Virus record (IMG/VR): IMGVR_UViG_3300022758_000169
Source of the DNA: a virus
Taxonomy: Duplodnaviria; Heunggongvirae; Uroviricota; Caudoviricetes
Strand: one strand, 5' to 3'
Length of the DNA: 39,612 nucleotides
Position numbers and translations under genes: made by a program. Numbering within the stretch: position 1 is the stretch's first letter; each line of letters opens with the position of its first letter. Under the pieces are notes generated by a model. The model saw nothing but the letters and a program-made list of their open reading frames with translations. It was not told the origin of the DNA and ran no database searches. This document shows positions 34,245 to 39,612 of this stretch, piece by piece.

Positions 34245-37200
34245 AACGTTCTTCCAGAGACTGAACCCGCTCTTTTATCTTATCCATTTCTCTGCGCTGC
34301 CATGCTGCCTCGATATAGAATAAGAGATCAGGTCTGACCCCCCATCTAGATCCTGCTGGCGTTATTTCAACGCGCTCAATGATGTCTTCTATTACCATCA
34401 CTGGATTATCATCCTCATCAACAATGATGCTCCCGTCATTATCAGTCAGCGGCATTTCCCTTTGGCCAGTAATGACGTCATCATATACTGCGGGATAATC
34501 GTCATAGCAAAGAAAGGCATAGCGGCATGTTGTGCTTTCTTCTTCCATGAGTCCGTGAGAAATAAGAACATCACGAAGTTGCTGCGCGATTACACCATGA
34601 TGTATCCTCGCCCCTTCTTCCCCCTTTATAGCGACAGCGTTCAGCCATTTATAAGCGATATACCTGACGTCACCCCAGGCATCCAGCAATGCTTCGTCAG
34701 GAGAGACCGGCTCTGTCTTTAATGTTCCGTCACTGGTAACCACAGGATTGGAGCCAAGATAAACTGTCGAGAACCTGTTTCCCGGACCACCAAGAGCATT
34801 TACATTATCAAGATAAGGTTTAACATCTCCGTTCTCAAAAAGATGTTCGAGTGCGTTATATACCGCGCGACGTGGAGTACTGCTTCCGGAACCATGCAAC
34901 GTTATCATTGCACCATCTGCTGAAGACGTTGTTTCACCGCCGCTAACGATTAATCTCTGAGCGGTAACATCATCAGACGGTACTTTCTTCGCAATAATGG
35001 CGTAATTACCCTCAAGTTTGACTTCCGCGCGAACTTGTCCTGATGTACCTGCATGGACAGTCAGTGACTGGACGGCAACATCATCTGTGAAATCAACGGG
35101 TACAGGAACCGTCCTCACGCCTGACGTCGACATAAAAGTAGGAAGCGTTCTGTTAGGAGTGGCTCCGTAGACAAAATCCCTTGAAACAAATTCTTCCTGT
35201 TTAATTTTCACCCTGAAACAATACAAATCAGCCGGGTGACCATCGTGAACATAAGGATATTTTCTGTTGTTATCCCCTATGCTCCATGGGTTTAGAAAGT
35301 CTTCCCCACCGAAAATGTAGTACAGCCAGTTGTCTTTGATACAAACTGAACCAACACCAACCGCAGAGTTAACTATTCCGCCCTGATAAATCTGATCAGT
35401 AACATTAACCCACTCTACATTATCCAGACTCCACTCATTGACGTTAACTCTGGTCATAAATGTTCTTGGATAATTTCCTGCATAACGGTTATCAGGTTCT
35501 CCTCCTTCCCACTCACCAAATGCGCGCTCACTGCCAAAAATAATCAGCTCATCGCCAACTTTGGCAAAAGGAAGGTTTGAGTGATGAACATTATTTGGGA
35601 AGCGAAGAGAATTCCATGATGTACCTAAATCAGAGCTTCTGTGCAATGAACTACCGGGTTGAGTACTTAATGTCCCCCTGGTCGTCAGATACAGAATGCC
35701 ATCATAATATTTTACACATGGCTCAGATGCATTCGCCTCATATTCTGCAGGTATGCGTCTGCGAACAAAGCTACCAGGAGAACCGAAAGCATCAGAGAAA
35801 TAGAGTATCCCAAGCTCGCGTGGACCAATATCACCATTATGGTAGCCAACAGCAAAACTGTTATCGCTAATCGTCGCAAAACTGTGAATCTCAGTAACAG
35901 GAGTGCTTCCGTCAACAAAAGAAGGAATAGTTCCAAGACTGGTTTTTCTCCATGGTGACGAGTGAAATGATGTACCAAAACTCCAGTATCTACCCTCGTT
36001 ATTCTGATCCACATCCTGGGTATTTTGCGTCGTAACTGTAAAAGTATTTTTATCAATAACAGTAGTCACCGTCATATTCCCGGTAACACCTGTAACACCA
36101 GAGTTTGAGAAGTTGACAAAATCACCAGCAAATAATCCGTGATCAGTAATGCGAATATAAGCGACTTGCTGATTTGCTGCTTTCGTTATACCACCATAAA
36201 CGCGAAGGCTGCGACTCATTGGGCGATCCCACAACTCTGCAACCTGCAGTTTATTTCCGCTCACGGTCCGCGTCTCAATTACAGCAAAAAGGCGATTTCT
36301 GACAACCCCCATACTCATGCAGTGATAGTTAACTGTGGGATAGTTTTCATGTAAATCTGTAAGCCATTCCGGCGTTGTCCAGGTCTTCCCGTCATCTCCT
36401 GAGCGAACCCATGCAACATGGAGGTTATTTACACCATGGCGGTCTCCAGCCATAAAAGGCGCATAGATGACATTGTCATATACAAACGTTTTATCCTGCG
36501 TCCAGGCGTTGTACCACGGTGTATCTGTAATTTTAAATAACTCTCCCTGGATAAAATCTTCAGAAGCATAAAAAAGAGGCTGACCCGGTATTCTCTCAAA
36601 TAAAAAACGAGCATTTTTAAATCGACTGACATCCGGAAGAGTTGATACTTTAAAAGTAAGCCCTAATCCGTCAATTTTATAACCTGGAGATGAGGCTTCA
36701 AGGCACGCGCTTATTGCAGTGGAATCGTCATTTATACCATCACCAACAGCTCCAAAATCTTTGGGGCTAATAGCATCACGCATTTTATCCTGGAACGTTC
36801 GGTACACAGCCCCAGAACCATACTGAATAAACCAACCAAAACCACCAACAACCCCGGCGATTGCAGCATCGACATAATTACGCATTGAGCGATTATTTAC
36901 AGCGTCCTGCTCAAATGATGGATCTGCAAGGTTAGAAATTTTGTTTTGCTTTGCATCGTAATATTTTGCAAGCAAAGATGGTTTCATCAATGCACGTCTG
37001 AACCACCCAAAACATTGCTGGATCAGCATCGTCAGGTAGTCAAAGGCATCTTCATGCACTTCGGGGAAAAATTTTCCCTGATTGCGAAGGTCTGTCTCCT
37101 GCACTACATCAAGCACACGATCTATCGTAATTCGCCATCCAGTAGCAAGCGGAGACGGAAGAACCACAGAACCGCCACTATAAGTGCCCGCCCCAGTTAC

Positions 37201-37362
37201 CGTATAACCGGTATCCAGAACCAATTCTGTTACGTTTCCGTTCAGGTCAGACACCTGAACAACCAGGTCTGATTTTCTGAAAATTCGAAAAGTATACGGA
37301 AACGATGTCGTAACGCCGTTACCGGTGTATTCGTTGTGGTCAACTTCGGTTGAGACCGTCAT
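34243..37362 (-). CDS. tailspike with Asp-box (BNR) motifs and C-terminal self-cleaving chaperone-like domain
   Basis: 1039 aa; N-terminus MTVSTEVDHNEYTGNGVTTSFPYTF; Asp-boxes SGDDGKTW and SDLGTSW; C-terminal VVTSDGTLK with the Ser codon at 34732..34734. Confidence 0.8.
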   Translation of the reverse strand: MTVSTEVDHNEYTGNGVTTSFPYTFRIFRKSDLVVQVSDLNGNVTELVLDTGYTVTGAGTYSGGSVVLPSPLATGWRITIDRVLDVVQETDLRNQGKFFPEVHEDAFDYLTMLIQQCFGWFRRALMKPSLLAKYYDAKQNKISNLADPSFEQDAVNNRSMRNYVDAAIAGVVGGFGWFIQYGSGAVYRTFQDKMRDAISPKDFGAVGDGINDDSTAISACLEASSPGYKIDGLGLTFKVSTLPDVSRFKNARFLFERIPGQPLFYASEDFIQGELFKITDTPWYNAWTQDKTFVYDNVIYAPFMAGDRHGVNNLHVAWVRSGDDGKTWTTPEWLTDLHENYPTVNYHCMSMGVVRNRLFAVIETRTVSGNKLQVAELWDRPMSRSLRVYGGITKAANQQVAYIRITDHGLFAGDFVNFSNSGVTGVTGNMTVTTVIDKNTFTVTTQNTQDVDQNNEGRYWSFGTSFHSSPWRKTSLGTIPSFVDGSTPVTEIHSFATISDNSFAVGYHNGDIGPRELGILYFSDAFGSPGSFVRRRIPAEYEANASEPCVKYYDGILYLTTRGTLSTQPGSSLHRSSDLGTSWNSLRFPNNVHHSNLPFAKVGDELIIFGSERAFGEWEGGEPDNRYAGNYPRTFMTRVNVNEWSLDNVEWVNVTDQIYQGGIVNSAVGVGSVCIKDNWLYYIFGGEDFLNPWSIGDNNRKYPYVHDGHPADLYCFRVKIKQEEFVSRDFVYGATPNRTLPTFMSTSGVRTVPVPVDFTDDVAVQSLTVHAGTSGQVRAEVKLEGNYAIIAKKVPSDDVTAQRLIVSGGETTSSADGAMITLHGSGSSTPRRAVYNALEHLFENGDVKPYLDNVNALGGPGNRFSTVYLGSNPVVTSDGTLKTEPVSPDEALLDAWGDVRYIAYKWLNAVAIKGEEGARIHHGVIAQQLRDVLISHGLMEEESTTCRYAFLCYDDYPAVYDDVITGQREMPLTDNDGSIIVDEDDNPVMVIEDIIERVEITPAGSRWGVRPDLLFYIEAAWQRREMDKIKERVQSLEER

Positions 37363-37466
37363 GTTAAATCTCCAGATAGTCGCAGCACCCGTTGCGCCGC
37401 ATATCTGGTTATTCTATTACCTGGAAAACCACATATGGATAGAAAGGCTGTAAATACGAATAGATA

Positions 37467-37481
37467 TTACCTTTCAGGTAA
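37467..37481. promoter_or_regulatory. operator-like palindrome TTACCTTTCAGGTAA
   Basis: In the divergent intergenic region between the tailspike start and the ORF at 37557. Confidence 0.5.
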
Positions 37482-37556
37482 TTTGCAAAACGTGCTGGAT
37501 AGCAAACAAATTATTTGATACTGTATAAATATCAGTTATTGCATGGAGAAGATAAG

Positions 37557-37814
37557 ATGCAGCAGTATCACTATCCACTGGAAGACGGATTTACCGAAAG
37601 GATTCACACGCCGGGAGGCGTCAGGTCACTGGTGGAGGGATCGCACTTGATGAAATTACTCCGGGATCTCGATAAGGATGGATTTAATGTCGATGGCCCA
37701 CTTGCCGAACTGACTGCACTGATTAACTACGTCACCAGCTCACAGATGTCTATGCAGGATCTGCAAACACATCTCGACTATTGTGCCGAACAATTACGAA
37801 AACAAACCCGGTAA
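37557..37814 (+). CDS. hypothetical protein (85 aa)
   Basis: SD GGAGAAG then ATG; convergent with the gene at 37837..38565. Confidence 0.45.
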   Translation: MQQYHYPLEDGFTERIHTPGGVRSLVEGSHLMKLLRDLDKDGFNVDGPLAELTALINYVTSSQMSMQDLQTHLDYCAEQLRKQTR

Positions 37815-37820
37815 ATTTAA

Positions 37821-37838
37821 AGGCCGCAAGAGCGGCCT
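37821..37838. terminator. hairpin between convergent genes
   Basis: AGGCCGC-aaga-GCGGCCT. Confidence 0.35.
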
Positions 37839-38565
37839 ATCGTTTCGCTTTGTGCTCGTCCCAGCACGTTTTGCACCATGCCATTAAGCCGTCCGCATTT
37901 TGATTATTAGGGTAAAAGCTGGTCCGTTTTCTGCGGACATTACAAATTGGGCACCACTTCATATGGCGTGTATTCTTTGGGCCATCGAGACACCTTGCAC
38001 ACCACTTAGTCAATCCATCTGGATTTTTTGACGATTTCCGGAATTTGTCATATGGAAGGTTTATTCTGCATCGCAAACACTGCTTGCGGCCACTTGAAAC
38101 TCTGTTAGCTGATTCTTCTTTTGGCGGCGATACAGAAGGTATTCTTGCTGGCTCTGATACTGCCTGAGGTGCTTTTTTAGATGACTGAGACGATATGTCA
38201 TCACCAGGGAATCTTCCATGATATGCCGGACGCGTTGACACTCCAGGTGGAAGCTCAGCTGTAAACGGCTTTGGCTGAATCAGTTGCCTCTCTTTTGCTA
38301 ACTCCTGCTGTTTATAATATGTCTGGATTACCGCACTATCATAAGCAGGAGGTACGGAAATATCAGGCGCGTTACCTCCAGTTTTTTGAAAATGAGTAGA
38401 TGTGTGTTCTATCACCTGTGTACGACTAATCGTTACCTCCCCATCTTCGGTCTTTATCGTTTTGTTCTGATTAACGACCGTACGATCAGAGATCTTAGTC
38501 TTGTTCTGGTTGATAACGTAAATAATCACCGCAACCACACCAACAACTATCCAGAAAACTTCCAT
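37837..38565 (-). CDS. membrane-anchored protein with C-terminal double Cys4 repeats (moron)
   Basis: N-terminus MEVFWIVVGVVAVIIYVI is a predicted TM helix; C-terminal repeats CLRC...WCARC and CPIC...WCKTC; promoter, leader and start shared with the ORF at 1559. Confidence 0.55.
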   Translation of the reverse strand: MEVFWIVVGVVAVIIYVINQNKTKISDRTVVNQNKTIKTEDGEVTISRTQVIEHTSTHFQKTGGNAPDISVPPAYDSAVIQTYYKQQELAKERQLIQPKPFTAELPPGVSTRPAYHGRFPGDDISSQSSKKAPQAVSEPARIPSVSPPKEESANRVSSGRKQCLRCRINLPYDKFRKSSKNPDGLTKWCARCLDGPKNTRHMKWCPICNVRRKRTSFYPNNQNADGLMAWCKTCWDEHKAKR

Positions 38566-38585
38566 TGCTTTTCCTCACAATAACA

Positions 38586-38600
38586 TTACCTTAAAGGTAA
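38586..38600. promoter_or_regulatory. operator-like palindrome TTACCTTAAAGGTAA
   Basis: Upstream of the minus-strand gene at 38565; mirror of the site at 1524..1538. Confidence 0.5.
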
Positions 38601-38678
38601 TATCTTGCTTTCAGGTGATCAAGCGTTAAACGCAATCAACCAAATACGGTTGATTTTAATATTTCTTCGCGTTTATCA

Positions 38679-38693
38679 TTACCTTTGCGGTAA
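38679..38693. promoter_or_regulatory. operator-like palindrome TTACCTTTGCGGTAA overlapping the sRNA promoter
   Basis: Promoter TTGATT (38651..38656) - N17 - TATCAT (38674..38679); the site covers the predicted start. Confidence 0.5.
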
Positions 38694-38806
38694 ATTTACA
38701 TCGCACTCCTCTTGTGCCATAGTAATCGGGCACTGGCAAAATCCAGTGCCGGGATTGGTCTCCCGGATTACTACAGAGGCACATATGCCGCATAAGCGGT
38801 TTTTTT
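38686..38806 (+). ncRNA. candidate structured antisense small RNA (c4-like), copy B
   Basis: Predicted fold: outer stem 38713..38718/38778..38783, stem 38721..38727/38766..38772, hairpin 38729..38750, hairpin 38751..38764 with loop UUGGUC, then terminator hairpin plus U7 (38800..38806). Confidence 0.5.
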
Positions 38807-38960
38807 ATGTGTAAAGCGCACCTATTCTATGGTGGGCTGTGTGGGGGCACCGAAAGGTGCGCCGGGTTCCTTTGTAGCCGGTAAGACCAACTCTGCACAG
38901 TTCACCACCATCTGATTGGTCTCAGCGGTGGTGATTAACCTAACTACAAAGGTGATCGCC

Positions 38961-39612
38961 ATGAATACCAAACCTTCCATCTTTTCCTTTGAGTTATCCT
39001 GCCAGATCCGTATGTTCATGATTGACGGAGAACCTTGGTTTGTCACCAAAGATGTGTGCAATGCTTTGAATATTGATGTTACACAAGCGAGAAAACTTGA
39101 TAAAAAAGGGCTGGAACAAAAAGGGGGTCTGTATTCAATACAGACCCCTGGTGGAATACAAGAACTATCCATCGTTTCAGATCAGGTCTCTACATCCTTA
39201 TTCTGCGTTGCAAAGAGGCAATGACTGAGGGAACGAGAGCATTCAGATTTCTTGAATGGGTTACAGGTGAGGTTCTTCCTCAGATCCGCCGCACCGGAAG
39301 TTACATTAAAAACTCGCTCCCGCAGGAAGAACGCATAAAGATGGTTGCCGACCAGGTAGCCAACGCCACGGCGTCAGCAGTAATGCAGGCGATGAAGATA
39401 GAGAACAAAACCTACAGTGCCCCGCTGAAGCCCGGCTACCGCAGCCTGATTCATTCGCCGTCGGGTGTTCTCGGCCTGACGGAGCACTCACTGCTGATGA
39501 ATCTGCTGAACCAGTTACAGGACGACGGGCACGACGTATCGGGCGCGGCGGCGGAGCTGACCACCATGTTCTGCTACATCGTCGGTGTGAGCAAATGCCT
39601 GCGTGATATCCA
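38961..39612 (+). pseudogene. antirepressor (BRO-N plus shared C-terminal module), frame-disrupted by a 1-nt deletion near 39182; 3' end cut by window edge
   Basis: BRO-N frame (MNTKPSIFSF...) stops at 39224; homology continues in the +2 frame (SGLYILILRCKEAMTEGTRAFRFLEWVTGEV...); copy A has GAGTCAGGC where this copy has GATCAGGT. Confidence 0.55.
39256..39612. repeat. inverted repeat, right copy; a third direct copy of the last ~200 bp lies at 30302..30501
   Basis: Direct comparison with 1..357 and with 30302..30501 (about 3 mismatches over 200 bp). Confidence 0.9.

Larger units (their letters stand above)
1..39612. mobile_element. temperate phage genome (podovirus-type virion module plus lambdoid early region), apparently complete
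   Basis: Contiguous phage modules across the whole window (terminase, portal, capsid, tail, tailspike, lysis, integrase, repressor, replication, recombination); no host genes recognised; 39.6 kb is a typical size for this kind of phage. Confidence 0.8.

Noticed and set aside
37520-37536. LexA-box-like sequence ACTGTATAAATATCAGT upstream of the ORF at 37557
   Set aside because: The half-sites are CTG-N9-CAG, one base short of the canonical CTG-N10-CAG spacing, and the inner bases are not palindromic; more likely just an AT-rich -10 region.
1-39612. CRISPR arrays, insertion sequences, toxin-antitoxin pairs, other defence systems
   Set aside because: No short direct repeats with spacers, no transposase-like ORFs or terminal inverted repeats of IS type, and no recognisable toxin-antitoxin or nuclease/helicase defence gene pairs were seen.

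Overview
The window reads as an essentially complete temperate podovirus-type phage genome with no recognisable host genes. A minus-strand packaging and virion block (small and large terminase, portal, scaffold, major capsid, T7-like tail tube and internal virion proteins including one with a lytic transglycosylase motif) is followed by a separately promoted tailspike, a holin/endolysin/spanin lysis cassette, a tyrosine integrase and a lambdoid early region. From memory only, the gene order and tailspike N-terminus resemble epsilon15/phiV10-type phages; this is unverified. The most interesting signals are regulatory. (1) A 15-bp palindrome TTACC-N5-GGTAA recurs at about 15 intergenic sites, including a triple cluster in the divergent switch region. 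(2) Two inverted, diverged copies of a promoter - structured small RNA - terminator - antirepressor module show compensatory changes between an sRNA loop and a leader target, suggesting a P1 c4-like antisense immunity system. (3) Three antirepressor genes share a near-identical C-terminal module, and the window starts and ends at the same point inside two inverted copies of it. (4) The repressor candidate has no recognisable autocleavage domain. Also present: a phage-borne tRNA-Arg(UCU) with a moron between terminase and portal, two membrane-anchored morons sharing a promoter and N-terminus, and several apparent frameshifts in regulatory or recombination genes that may be sequencing errors or decay. 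All calls rest on reading the sequence and recalled family features; no searches or folding were run.
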